Notes under the pieces: generated by a model
The model's input: the letters and a program-made list of their open reading frames with translations, nothing else
Told to the model about the DNA's origin: nothing
Databases searched by the model: none
Source: Eledone cirrhosa
Lineage: Eukaryota
Assembly: GCA_964016885.1 (NCBI GenBank)
Contig: OZ024740.1
Location: forward strand, 227,602,001 to 227,666,000
Length of the DNA: 64,000 bases
Reading direction: 5' to 3'
Shown: positions 43,291 to 56,478 of the stretch, one piece after another
Position numbering within the stretch: the first letter of the stretch is position 1
Layout: each line of letters starts with the position of its first letter
Made by a program: the position numbers and the translations under genes

Positions 43291-44591
43291 CAACTTTTAA
43301 ATATATATATAAAATGTAATATAAAACTTATCTATATCCATATATGATTCATATACTTAACTTATTTTCTATTATCTCTACTTCACACATATATATTATT
43401 ACACCTATCGATAGATCATTAAATTCCTTTATATGACTGCTTGAAACTCCTTTAAGGAAAATTTTTTCTTGATAAACTTACTGAAGGGTTTAAGAAAATC
43501 TTTTGAAAATTCCTTTGGAGAATATAGAAAAACTATATTTTTATATTCTTAAATTTTTTCAAAGTTTTTAATATATATATCCAAATGTTTATATATATGT
43601 GATAAACATATGTTTTTTTTTTTGGGGGGGGGGGGGGGGTTGTCTATGTGTGGAGTAACCTATGATTTATGCTTTAAATATATTTTTTTAATATATTCTT
43701 CTGAAAAATGTTTATGCTTTTTGCTTTAAATATATTCTTATGAAAAAAAATTTTTAAATGTTATAATTTTTAAATGTTATAACTTTATAGCAAGTAAATT
43801 TACAAATTTATGACTTCATATAAAATAACATAAGGTTCATGTTCCAATTACATTCTTAAGATAGAAAATTTAACTTTTTAACTTCTTAACTTTATAGCAT
43901 TTAATCCTTAGAGTCATCTGAGTTATTAATAAATCACTTATAACTTCCTTTACGCTTTACTGTTATTATAATACAAATAACTGGTTATTCTTTTGTAAAC
44001 TCTCGGAATTTTTCCATAAATTTAGAATTATTGGATATTTTAAATTTTTGACTTACAAATTTTAATAATATATAATATATATTTTTTAATAATATATAAT
44101 ATTTTTTAATAATTTATAATCCTTAACATACACATTTAAACTAATTATTAAATTATTAATTAAACCTTTAATCAAATTTTTTCAACCTATCATTATAAAT
44201 AGTATAGTCAAAACATAACGAATCCTGCTTTATTATTCCTCCACTCTACCCTCGTTCTTCTTCTTTCCTCTCACATAAACATACTTACGCTGTATTTGTC
44301 CTTTATAACTGATATTTTCTCTCACTTAAATATAATTACGCTCTCCTCTCTTCACACTATTTCCACTGTCAAAAATATATATAATCATTTCTTCTTTTTC
44401 TTTCTTTCTTTCTTTCTTTCTTTTTTCTCTCTCCCTTACATATCATCTTCTTCCAACAGTTTAATTTAAATAAACCGTTATCTTTTAAACCTTTCGGACA
44501 CTCAATCATAACTTTCTATCACCCTCAATAAATGTAATATCTCCACTATCCAGGAAGCTCCAACCGTTAAGGTTGTCTTTTTTCAGGGTAT

Positions 44592-44942
44592 CATTTCATT
44601 TCATTTCATTTTTATTTTATTTTACGTCCACTTTTCCCTGCTTGCAAGGGTGGGACGGGAACTGATTCTGGCTTGATTTCTACAGCTGGATGCCCTTCCT
44701 AACACCAACCTCATTTACAGTGAGTGCTGGGTGCTTTTTTGCCGTGGCACCTCCATGACCACTTTGCAGTGGAATGATATGGACCCCTGTCCCTATCATC
44801 TCATTTCTACAGCTGAGTAAACTGGAACAATGTGAAATAAAGTGTCTTGCTCAAGGAAACAACACATCACCCGGTCTGAGAATTGAACTCACAACCTTTT
44901 GATTGCAAGGCCAATGCTCTAACCACTAAGCCATGTGCCTCC
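44592..44942 (-). mobile_element. SINE family A, full length, inserted into the right pseudo-LTR
   Basis: Same consensus; interrupts the inverted repeat at cagggtat|...|caatatt. Confidence 0.93.
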
Positions 44943-44974
44943 ACAATATTTATTTATAAAACTAATCTGTATTG

Positions 44975-45040
44975 TATTTTATCTGATGAAAGCGCACCAT
45001 AATTTGCCTTGGCGGCCCTTGAAATATGTATAATAAAATA
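44975..45040 (+). ncRNA. Type I hammerhead ribozyme motif in the Penelope pseudo-LTR (family H4)
   Basis: TATTTTAT-CTGATGA-[AAG..stem II..CTT]-GAAA-TATGTAT-A-ATAAAATA; the mirror copy at ~42413-42478 has a mutated core (CTGATAA). Confidence 0.7.
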
Positions 45041-45169
45041 AATATGGTTTTATAAATATAGTTTCCATTTGTTAATATATTGTATATTTACTCCACTAAT
45101 CTGTTGAGTGCTTTATATCAGTTATAAAAATATTTAAGCTTGTTGAATCCCAACAAATTAAATATAACC

Positions 45170-45229
<60 letters not shown>

Positions 45230-45354
45230 TAAATATAGAAAATCTTAAATAAAACACAGACTATCTGAAAGGGAAGATCCCAGTAAAGTACTTTAAAATA
45301 AACTGTCTAACAACTCATATATATGATATATATACATAACAGTTGACCAACAAG

Positions 45355-45560
45355 ATCCCAGACCTCAGGTGCAGAGTGCTCAAAGTCGATGGAAGCCTTG
45401 GAGTGGGGAGATCCAGGAAGACTTGGGATGAGGTCATAAAAGCTGACCCTGCCTAAATACACCTTACAAAGATGACGACACAGGACAGGGATCTCTGGCG
45501 TTATGCAGCAATACAGAAGACCCACCTTCCAACGGGCACAGGCCGAAGCTGAAGCGTATA
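45355..45560 (+). mobile_element. RTE-clade LINE 3' ORF relic
   Basis: RCRVLKVDGSLGVGRSRKTWDEVIKAD..TQDRDLWRYA. Confidence 0.8.
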
Positions 45561-45635
45561 TATTGTATGCACCACCACACCTTACCCTCTCACACATCTA
45601 TGAGGACAGGCTGAAGCATACATCCAGTGAAGCCT

Positions 45636-48600
45636 CCAGTCCTCACTGTAAAGTGGTCATGATGGCAACACGGCAAAAAGCACCCAGTACTCACTGTAAA
45701 GTTGCCGTATAGGTATCACAACAAAAAGCACCCAGTCCTCACTGTAAAGTGGCTGTGTAGGTATGTGTTACAACAAAAAGCACCCAGTACTCACTGTAAA
45801 GTGGCCGTGTAGGTATGTGTTACAACAAAAAGCACCCAGTACTCACTGTAAAGTGGCTGTGTAGGTGTGTTACAACAAAAAGCACCCAGTACTCACTGTA
45901 AAGTGGCCGTGTAGGTATGTGTCACAACAAAAAGCATCCTGTACTCACTGTAAAGTGGCCGTGTAGGTATGTGTCACAACAAAAAGCACCCAGTACTCAC
46001 TGTAAAGTGGCCGTGTAGGTATGTGTTACAACAAAAAGCACCCAGTACTCACTGTAAAGTGGCCGTGTAGGTATGTGTTACAACAAAAAGCACCCAGTAC
46101 TCACTGTAAAGTGGCCGTGTAGGTATGTGTTACAACAAAAAGCATCCAGTCCTCACTGTAAAGTGGCCGTGTAGGTATGTGTTACAACAAAAAGCATCCA
46201 GTCCTCACTGTAAAGTGGCCGTGTAGGTATGTGTCACAACAAAAAGCACCCAGTACTCACTGTAAAGTGGCCGTGTAGGTATGTGTCACAACAAAAAGCA
46301 CCCAGTACTCACTGTAAAGTGGCCGTGTAGGTATGTGTCACAACAAAAAGCATCCAGTACTCACTGTAAAGTGGCTGTGTAGGTATGTGTCACAACAAAA
46401 AGCACCCAGTACTCACTGTAAAGTGGCTGTGTAGGTATGTGTCACAACAAAAAGCACCCAGTACTCACTGTAAAGTGGCCGTGTAGGTATGTGTCACAAC
46501 AAAAAGCACCCAGTACTCACTGTAAAGTGGCTGTGTAGGTATGTGTCACAACAAAAAGCACCCAGTCCTCACTGTAAAGTGGCCGTGTAGGTATGTGTCA
46601 CAACAAAAAGCATTCAGTACTCACTGTAAAGTGGCTGTGTAGGTATGTGTCACAACAAAAAGCACCCAGTACTCACTGTAAAGTGGCCGTGTAGGTATGT
46701 GTCACAACAAAAAGCACCCAGTACTCACTGTAAAGTGGCCGTGTAGGTATGTGTCACAACAAAAAGCATTCAGTACTCACTGTAAAGTGGCTGTGTAGGT
46801 ATGTGTCACAACAAAAAGCACCCAGTACTCACTGTAAAGTGGCCGTGTAGGTATGTGTCACAACAAAAAGCATTCAGTACTCACTGTAAAGTGGCTGTGT
46901 AGGTATGTGTCACAACAAAAAGCACCCAGTACTCACTGTAAAGTGGCCGTGTAGGTATGTGTCACAACAAAAAGCACCCAGTACTCACTGTAAAGTGGCC
47001 GTGTAGGTATGTGTCACAACAAAAAGCACCCAGTACTCACTGTAAAGTGGCTGTGTAGGTATGTGTCACAACAAAAAGCATCCAGTACTCACTGTAAAGT
47101 GGCCGTGTAGGTATGTGTCACAACAAAAAGCATTCAGTACTCACTGTAAAGTGGCCGTGTAGGTATGTGTTACAACAAAAAGCACCCAGTCCTCACTGTA
47201 AAGTGGCCGTGTAGGTATGTGTCACAACAAAAAGCATCCAGTACTCACTGTAAAGTGGCCGTGTAGGTATGTGTCACAACAAAAAGCATTCAGTACTCAC
47301 TGTAAAGTGGCCGTGTAGGTATGTGTCACAACAAAAAGCACCCAGTACTCACTGTAAAGTGGCCGTGTAGGTATGTGTCACAACAAAAAGCATTCAGTAC
47401 TCACTGTAAAGTGGCCGTGTAGGTATGTGTCACAACAAAAAGCATCCAGTACTCACTGTAAAGTGGCCGTGTAGGTATGTGTCACAACAAAAAGCACCCA
47501 GTACTCACTGTAAAGTGGCCGTGTAGGTATGTGTCACAACAAAAAGCACCCAGTACTCACTGTAAAGTGGCTGTGTAGGTATGTGTCACAACAAAAAGCA
47601 TCCAGTACTCACTGTAAAGTGGCCGTGTAGGTATGTGTCACAACAAAAAGCACCCAGTACTCACTGTAAAGTGGCCGTGTAGGTATGTGTCACAACAAAA
47701 AGCACCCAGTACTCACTGTAAAGTGGCCGTGTAGGTATGTGTCACAACAAAAAGCATTCAGTACTCACTGTAAAGTGGCTGTGTAGGTATGTGTCACAAC
47801 AAAAAGCACCCAGTACTCACTGTAAAGTGGCCGTGTAGGTATGTGTCACAACAAAAAGCATTCAGTACTCACTGTAAAGTGGCTGTGTAGGTATGTGTCA
47901 CAACAAAAAGCACCCAGTACTCACTGTAAAGTGGCCGTGTAGGTATGTGTCACAACAAAAAGCACCCAGTACTCACTGTAAAGTGGCCGTGTAGGTATGT
48001 GTCACAACAAAAAGCATCCAGTACTCACTGTAAAGTGGCCGTGTAGGTATGTGTCACAACAAAAAGCACCCAGTACTCACTGTAAAGTGGCTGTGTAGGT
48101 ATGTGTCACAACAAAAAGCATCCAGTACTCACTGTAAAGTGGCCGTGTAGGTATGTGTCACAACAAAAAGCACCCAGTACTCACTGTAAAGTGGCCGTGT
48201 AGGTATGTGTCACAACAAAAAGCACCCAGTCCTCACTGTAAAGTGGCCGTGTAGGTATGTGTCACAACAAAAAGCACCCAGTACTCACTGTAAAGTGGCC
48301 GTGTAGGTATGTGTCACAACAAAAAGCATTCAGTACTCACTGTAAAGTGGCCGTGTAGGTATGTGTCACAACAAAAAGCATCCAGTACTCACTGTAAAGT
48401 GGCCGTGTAGGTATGTGTCACAACAAAAAGCACCCAGTACTCACTGTAAAGTGGCCGTGTAGGTATGTGTCACAACAAAAAGCACCCAGTACTCACTGTA
48501 AAGTGGCTGTGTAGGTATGTGTCACAACAAAAAGCATCCAGTACTCACTGTAAAGTGGCCGTGTAGGTATGTGTCACAACAAAAAGCACCCAGTACTCAC

Positions 48601-51600
48601 TGTAAAGTGGCCGTGTAGGTATGTGTCACAACAAAAAGCACCCAGTACTCACTGTAAAGTGGCCGTGTAGGTATGTGTCACAACAAAAAGCATTCAGTAC
48701 TCACTGTAAAGTGGCTGTGTAGGTATGTGTCACAACAAAAAGCATTCAGTACTCACTGTAAAGTGGCCGTGTAGGTATGTGTCACAACAAAAAGCATCCA
48801 GTACTCACTGTAAAGTGGCCGTGTAGGTATGTGTCACAACAAAAAGCACCCAGTACTCACTGTAAAGTGGCCGTGTAGGTATGTGTCACAACAAAAAGCA
48901 CCCAGTACTCACTGTAAAGTGGCTGTGTAGGTATGTGTCACAACAAAAAGCATCCAGTACTCACTGTAAAGTGGCCGTGTAGGTATGTGTCACAACAAAA
49001 AGCACCCAGTACTCACTGTAAAGTGGCCGTGTAGGTATGTGTCACAACAAAAAGCATCCAGTACTCACTGTAAAGTGGCCGTGTAGGTATGTGTCACAAC
49101 AAAAAGCACCCAGTACTCACTGTAAAGTGGCCGTGTAGGTATGTGTCACAACAAAAAGCATCCAGTACTCACTGTAAAGTGGCCGTGTAGGTATGTGTTA
49201 CAACAAAAAGCACCCAGTACTCACTGTAAAGTGGCCGTGTAGGTATGTGTCACAACAAAAAGCATCCAGTACTCACTGTAAAGTGGCCGTGTAGGTATGT
49301 GTCACAACAAAAAGCATCCAGTACTCACTGTAAAGTGGCCGTGTAGGTATGTGTCACAACAAAAAGCATCCAGTACTCACTGTAAAGTGGCCGTGTAGGT
49401 ATGTGTCACAACAAAAAGCACCCAGTACTCACTGTAAAGTGGCTGTGTAGGTATGTGTCACAACAAAAAGCACCCAGTACTCACTGTAAAGTGGCTGTGT
49501 AGGTATGTGTCACAACAAAAAGCACCCAGTCCTCACTGTAAAGTGGCCGTGTAGGTATGTGTCACAACAAAAAGCATTCAGTACTCACTGTAAAGTGGCT
49601 GTGTAGGTATGTGTCACAACAAAAAGCACCCAGTACTCACTGTAAAGTGGCCGTGTAGGTATGTGTCACAACAAAAAGCACCCAGTACTCACTGTAAAGT
49701 GACCGTGTAGGTATGTGTCACAACAAAAAGCACCCAGTACTCACTGTAAAGTGGCTGTGTAGGTATGTGTCACAACAAAAAGCACCCAGTCCTCACTGTA
49801 AAGTGGCCGTGTAGGTATGTGTCACAACAAAAAGGAATCCAGTCCTCACTGTAAAGTGGCCGTGTAGGTATGTGTCACAACAAAAAGCATTCAGTACTCA
49901 CTGTAAAGTGGCTGTGTAGGTATGTGTCACAACAAAAAGCATCCAGTACTCACTGTAAAGTGGCCGTGTAGGTATGTGTCACAACAAAAAGCATCCAGTA
50001 CTCACTGTAAAGTGGCCGTGTAGGTATGTGTCACAACAAAAAGCACCCAGTACTCACTGTAAAGTGGCTGTGTAGGTATGTGTCACAACAAAAAGCATCC
50101 AGTACTCACTGTAAAGTGGCCGTGTAGGTATGTGTCACAACAAAAAGCATCCAGTACTCACTGTAAAGTGGCCGTGTAGGTATGTGTCACAACAAAAAGC
50201 ACCCAGTACTCACTGTAAAGTGGCTGTGTAGGTATGTGTCACAACAAAAAGCACCCAGTACTCACTGTAAAGTGGCCGTGTAGGTATGTGTCACAACAAA
50301 AAGCACCCAGTCCTCACTGTAAAGTGGCCGTGTAGGTATGTGTCACAACAAAAAGCACCCAGTCCTCACTGTAAAGTGGCCGTGTAGGTATGTGTCACAA
50401 CAAAAAGCACCCAGTCCTCACTGTAAAGTGGCCGTGTAGGTATGTGTCACAACAAAAAGCACCCAGTACTCACTGTAAAGTGGCCGTGTAGGTATGTGTC
50501 ACAACAAAAAGCACCCAGTACTCACTGTAAAGTGGCTGTGTAGGTATGTGTCACAACAAAAAGCACCCAGTACTCACTGTAAAGTGGCTGTGTAGGTATG
50601 TGTCACAACAAAAAGCACCCAGTACTCACTGTAAAGTGGCCGTGTAGGTATGTGTTACAACAAAAAGCACCCAGTACTCACTGTAAAGTGGCCGTGTAGG
50701 TATGTGTCACAACAAAAAGCACCCAGTACTCACTGTAAAGTGGCTGTGTAGGTATGTGTCACAACAAAAAGCACCCAGTACTCACTGTAAAGTGGCTGTG
50801 TAGGTATGTGTCACAACAAAAAGCATCCAGTACTCACTGTAAAGTGGCCGTGTAGGTATGTGTCACAACAAAAAGCACCCAGTACTCACTGTAAAGTGGC
50901 CGTGTAGGTATGTGTTACAACAAAAAGCACCCAGTCCTCACTGTAAAGTGGCTGTGTAGGTATGTGTCACAACAAAAAGCACCCAGTACTCACTGTAAAG
51001 TGGCTGTGTAGGTATGTGTCACAACAAAAAGCATCCAGTACTCACTGTAAAGTGGCCGTGTAGGTATGTGTCACAACAAAAAGCACCCAGTACTCACTGT
51101 AAAGTGGCCGTGTAGGTATGTGTCACAACAAAAAGCATTCAGTACTCACTGTAAAGTGGCCGTGTAGGTATGTGTCACAACAAAAAGCACCCAGTACTCA
51201 CTGTAAAGTGGCCGTGTAGGTATGTGTCACAACAAAAAGCACCCAGTACTCACTGTAAAGTGGCTGTGTAGGTATGTGTCACAACAAAAAGCACCCAGTA
51301 CTCACTGTAAAGTGGCTGTGTAGGTATGTGTCACAACAAAAAGCACCCAGTACTCACTGTAAAGTGGCCGTGTAGGTATGTGTTACAACAAAAAGCACCC
51401 AGTACTCACTGTAAAGTGGCCGTGTAGGTATGTGTCACAACAAAAAGCATTCAGTACTCACTGTAAAGTGGCCGTGTAGGTATGTGTCACAACAAAAAGC
51501 ACCCAGTACTCACTGTAAAGTGGCCGTGTAGGTATGTGTCACAACAAAAAGCATTCAGTACTCACTGTAAAGTGGCCGTGTAGGTATGTGTCACAACAAA

Positions 51601-52820
51601 AAGCATTCAGTACTCACTGTAAAGTGGCCGTGTAGGTATGTGTTACAACAAAAAGCATTCAGTACTCACTGTAAAGTGGCCGTGTAGGTATGTGTCACAA
51701 CAAAAAGCATTCAGTACTCACTGTAAAGTGGCCGTGTAGGTATGTGTCACAACAAAAAGCACCCAGTACTCACTGTAAAGTGGCCGTGTAGGTATGTGTC
51801 ACAACAAAAAGCACCCAGTACTCACTGTAAAGTGGCCGTGTAGGTATGTGTTACAACAAAAAGCACCCAGTACTCACTGTAAAGTGGCCGTGTAGGTATG
51901 TGTTACAACAAAAAGCACCCAGTACTCACTGTAAAGTGGCCGTGTAGGTATGTGTCACAACAAAAAGCACCCAGTACTCACTGTAAAGTGGCCGTGTAGG
52001 TATGTGTCACAACAAAAAGCACCCAGTACTCACTGTAAAGTGGCCGTGTAGGTATGTGTTACAACAAAAAGCACCCAGTACTCACTGTAAAGTGGCCGTG
52101 TAGGTATGTGTCACAACAAAAAGCACCCAGTACTCACTGTAAAGTGGCCGTGTAGGTATGTGTCACAACAAAAAGCATTCAGTACTCACTGTAAAGTGGC
52201 CGTGTAGGTATGTGTTACAACAAAAAGCACCCAGTACTCACTGTAAAGTGGCCGTGTAGGTATGTGTCACAACAAAAAGCACCCAGTACTCACTGTAAAG
52301 TGGCCGTGTAGGTATGTGTTACAACAAAAAGCACCCAGTACTCACTGTAAAGTGGCCGTGTAGGTATGTGTCACAACAAAAAGCACCCAGTACTCACTGT
52401 AAAGTGGCTGTGTAGGTATGTGTCACAACAAAAAGCATCCAGTACTCACTGTAAAGTGGCTGTGTAGGTATGTGTTACAACAAAAAGCATTCAGTACTCA
52501 CTGTAAAGTGGCCGTGTAGGTATGTGTCACAACAAAAAGCACCCAGTACTCACTGTAAAGTGGCCGTGTAGGTATGTGTCACAACAAAAAGCATCCAGTA
52601 CTCACTGTAAAGTGGCCGTGTAGGTATGTGTTACAACAAAAAGCATTCAGTACTCACTGTAAAGTGGCCGTGTAGGTATGTGTCACAACAAAAAGCATTC
52701 AGTACTCACTGTAAAGTGGCCGTGTAGGTATGTGTCACAACAAAAAGCACCCAGTACTCACTGTAAAGTGGCCGTGTAGGTATGTGTCACAACAAAAAGC
52801 ACCCAGTACTCACTGTAAAT
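45636..52820. repeat. 52-bp tandem satellite, about 138 copies (acaacaaaaagcacccagtactcactgtaaagtggccgtgtaggtatgtgtc), SINE-derived
   Basis: Period of 52 read directly (e.g. 46021 and 46073); copy number estimated as length/52; runs straight into the SINE 3' part at 52820-52940. Confidence 0.98.
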
Positions 52821-52944
52821 GAGGTTCGTAACAGGAAGGGTATCCAGCCATAAAAACCAAGCTTAAATCAGTTCTGTATGAGCAAGACATGGTCACCTGA
52901 CCTAACATTGCACACAACAGGACAACTCAGCAGTCAATGCAAAG

Positions 52945-53539
52945 GAAGAGTCCATCATCTCCATGATTGAAGAAGGTGAAACAGAGCCGCAGTTTAATCA
53001 AGAGCATGCTCATCGTCTTTTTCGACGTGCGCAGCATTATTCATCGAGAATTTGTCCCCCAGGGCCAGACTGTCAAAAAAGGTTTTACTGCTAAGTTCTG
53101 AGGTACTTGAGGGAGAATATTCAGTGAAAGCGACCGGATTTGTGGTCCACAAAGAACTAAATTCTCCATGACAACAATGCACCCTGACACAGAGCACTCA
53201 TCATCCATGAGTTTCTCACCAAGCACAACATGCCATCACTTCTACACACCTTAATCGCTAGATTTAGCTCCAGCAGACTTCTTTCTTTTCCTAAAGACGA
53301 AAATCAAGCTCAAATATCATTTTAACACCGTTGCCAAGATCCATTGCAGAAGGTTCTCGATAAGCTTACAAAAGATGACTTCAAGGCCACATTCCAGGAG
53401 TGGCAGAAATGCTGAGATCAGTGCATTGCTGTACAAGGAGACTATTTCAAAGGAGTTGGTGTTTAAACTTAAGTAAACCTCTCTATTTTATGTCTGAGAA
53501 ATAAAGAGCTAGTCTGGAAACATTTTGGCCTACCCTCGT
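52945..53539 (+). mobile_element. Mariner transposase relic (3' half plus right TIR)
   Basis: KSMLIVFFDVRSIIHREFVPQGQTV..KRPDLW..ILHDNNAP*H..SLDLAPADFFLF..FQEWQK..CIAVQGDYFKG; ends ...ttttggcctaccctcgt. Confidence 0.92.
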
Positions 53540-53876
53540 TAATATATATATACATCATATCATCACCATTTAATGCCCATTTTTCCATGCTAATACATAT
53601 GTATACCTACATATATATATATATACACACACACAGATACATACACATATGTATGTATGTATGTGTGTGTGTATCCTCATCATCATCATCCTCATTGTTT
53701 AATGTCCATCTTCCACACTAGCATGGGTTGGACGGTTTTGTTCCACTTGAGGCGAGATTGGTCAGGAAACCGTGTCTCGCTCGAACAGAACTGTCCCTGG
53801 CAGGTTTCTACGGCTGGATGCCCTTTCTAATGCCAACAACATTTACAGTGTATATTTATATATATATAGAGAGAGA

Positions 53877-54222
53877 GAGGCACATGGCTTAGTGGTTAGA
53901 GCATTGGCCTTGCAATCGAAAGGTTGTGAGTTCAATTCTCAGACCGGTTGATGTGTTGTTTCCTTGAGCAAGACACTTTATTTCACATTGCTCCAGTTCA
54001 CTCAGCTGTAGAAATGAGATGATAGGAACTGGGGTCCATATCATTCCACTGCAAAGTGGTCGTGGAGGTGCCACGGCAAAAAAGCACCCAGCACTCACTG
54101 TAAATGAGGTTGGTGTTAGGAAGGGCATCCAGCTGTAGAAATCAAGCCAGAATCAGATCCCGTCCAACCCTTGCAAGCAGGGAAAAGCGGACGTAAAAAT
54201 GATGATGATGATGATGATGATG
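53877..54222 (+). mobile_element. SINE family A, full length
   Basis: A and B boxes, consensus body, (gat)n tail. Confidence 0.93.
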
Positions 54223-54619
54223 ATATATCAACAGTCGATCGACAAGATCCTAGACCTCATTCACTTAACGAATGGGGTGGAGCTCGTCAAATTGGACCGA
54301 GGAAACAATATTTCCATTGATCTTTCTAATTACTATATATATATAGTAATAATAAATACAAAGACCAAAATCCGAAGAGGGCTCAATAAGGATTGTATAT
54401 ATATATACTAGTATATATAAACACGTAGAGCAAATATTTATTATTAGAACAGATTAAAGTTTTTGCAAAGAATTTCTGCTTTCAGAATATATATATGTGT
54501 GTATATATGAAGCGAAACCTACAGTCAGTAGGCACCTCTTAACCAAAATACACCCCCGTCCCACTAACCCTACCCACACCGCCATCTACACCACCCCTTT
54601 CGATGTAAAGCTATGTTAG

Positions 54620-54888
54620 TACCACAACATCCAGTCCTAAATAAATGAGGTCGTGTGGGTGTCACCACAAAAAAACACACAGTCCACGGTATAATGTGGC
54701 CGTGTAGGTAACACGGTAAAAACCTCCCAGTCCACACTGTAAATGTGGTTGGTGTTAGGAAGGGCATCCAGCCGTAGAAAACCCGCCAGACAGTCCTGAG
54801 CAAGACAACCAATCTTGCCTCAAGTGGGACAATTCCCGTCCAGACCCATGTTAGCATGGAAAATGGACGTTAAACGATGATGATGATG
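54620..54888 (+). mobile_element. SINE A-related 3' portion with about 3 degenerate internal repeat units
   Basis: ccagtcc..tgtaaatg..gtcgtgt units, then ttaggaagggcatccagccgtagaaa..catggaaaatggacgttaaacgatgatg. Confidence 0.75.
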
Positions 54889-55018
54889 TGTGTATATGTA
54901 TGTGTGCGTGCATGGAGAGAGAGAGATAACAGAATTCCGAGGAGTAATTTTCAAGCTGTTAAAGATTAGAAGAGACATAGATGGCAGAATTGTACAGTAA
55001 TGGAGTGTTATTAGTTAC

Positions 55019-55201
55019 CTGAGCAATAGCTTGTCCAAGTGGAAGCCAATCTGGTGTGGCATATGGCAATGATTCTGAGATACTAAAACCACAGGTTAAA
55101 GATGCTGTATAAGTGAATGGGAATACAACCACAAACTGGTGCTCTTTCTGAACAATTCGGCCAACAGATACTCCTTTTTTCACCAACAGTTCAGGATTCA
55201 T
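55019..55201 (-). CDS. JARID2: JARID2 exon (MNPELLVKKGVSVGRIVQKEHQFVVVFPFTYTASLTCGFSISESLPYATPDWLPLGQAIAQ), JmjC C-terminal part
   Basis: ttctag|ATG...CAG|gtaact; 183 nt, phase 0/0; Q...FVV.FP..Y...CG.S.SE motif, third Fe-binding His absent. Confidence 0.96.
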
Positions 55202-55224
55202 CTAGAAAATGAAAATAAAAATTA

Positions 55225-55715
55225 ATAATTGTTTCTACTTTTGGCACAAGGCCAGCAATTACCCAGTGTATTACTGGTACTTTATTTTATCGACCCTGTA
55301 AGGATGAAATAATAAAAATAATAATTGTCTCTACTTTAGGCACAAGGCCAGCAATTACCCAGTGCATTACTGGTAGTTTATTTTATCGACCCCGTAAGGA
55401 TGAAAGGCAAAGTCAACCTCGGCAAAATAATAATGGTTTCTTATATAGGCTCAAGGCCAGCAATTTTGGAGAAGGGGTAAAGTCGATTAAATCGACCCCC
55501 AGTGCGTGACTGGTACATTATTTTATCGACCCCGCAAGGATGAAAAGCAAAATTAACCGCGCGCGGGATTTGAACTTAGACTGCAAAGGGCTGTAACTTG
55601 ATGCTGCAACACATGGCGTCTGACCCTCTACTGATACTGCCAATCCACCGCCTTGGCTGATGATAGTAATAATTATTTCTAACATTGGCACAAGGCCAGC
55701 AATTTAGAGGGAAAG
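55225..55715 (-). mobile_element. Stack of four or five truncated to full SINE family B copies
   Basis: ataattgtttctac..ggcacaaggccagcaatt restarts at ~55225, 55321, 55430 and 55670. Confidence 0.85.
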
Positions 55716-56369
55716 TCAATTACTGTGTATACTTGAATATAAACCGAGGAGTATGTGACCAAAATATCTATGGTTGGCTTATATACAATATCTAAACAAT
55801 GTGTTGATTAGCTACCTCGGTTTATAAATGGGGTTTGGAGTTTCGCCTATTTCTCAGACATAAAATAGGGAGGTTGACATAAAATAGGGAGTGTAGCTTA
55901 TATCCAGGTATATACAGTAAGCCAACCCTGGCAATTGACTGGTACATTATTTTATCGACCCTGGAAGGATGAAAGGTAAAGTTAACTTTGGTAGGATCTG
56001 AACTCCTCACAATGTAAAGAGATGGAATACATGCCCACAAAGCATGTTGTCTGACATTCTAATGTTTCTGGCAATCCACCAGTGATAACAATAGTAAATA
56101 TATTTGCTGAAAATTCTAATTTAATGAACACTAAAAGAAAATGAAATTCAAGATGTAAACAACTTGAAAACACTTTTCCTTAAATATATATATATTTTTT
56201 TTAAATTAGTAGTAGTTATAGTGGAGGAGTGGTGGTGCTGATGGTGGTAGTAGTAGTAGTAGAGTGGTGGTAGTGGTGAAGGTAGTAGTAGTAGTAAAGT
56301 GGTGATGGTGGTGATGCTAGTAGTATTTCTTTTATGACAATTATAAGTGAATGAACAAGGAAAACATAC

Positions 56370-56478
56370 CATCATAAAATCCTCTTTGAACCAGCCATCA
56401 TCTGCCCACACATGGCCAGGAACAAGTTCTTTGATTGCTGCTTTTAGATTCTGCTTCAGTTGCTTTGGAATGGAATAC
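56370..56478 (-). CDS. JARID2: JARID2 exon (YSIPKQLKQNLKAAIKELVPGHVWADDGWFKEDFMM)
   Basis: aacag|G...ATG|gtatgt; 109 nt, phase 2/0; completes the W-Y-x-IP motif. Confidence 0.92.

Larger units (their letters stand above)
42365..45087 (+). mobile_element. Penelope-like retroelement relic with inverted ~300-bp pseudo-LTRs
   Basis: 42365-42655 is the reverse complement of 44459-45087 once the SINE at 44592-44942 is removed; internal GIY-YIG relic; hammerhead motif in the arms. Confidence 0.85.

Noticed and set aside
45636-52820. CRISPR-like regular array
   Set aside because: Units are contiguous with no unique spacers, there are no cas genes, and the context is a eukaryotic intron.
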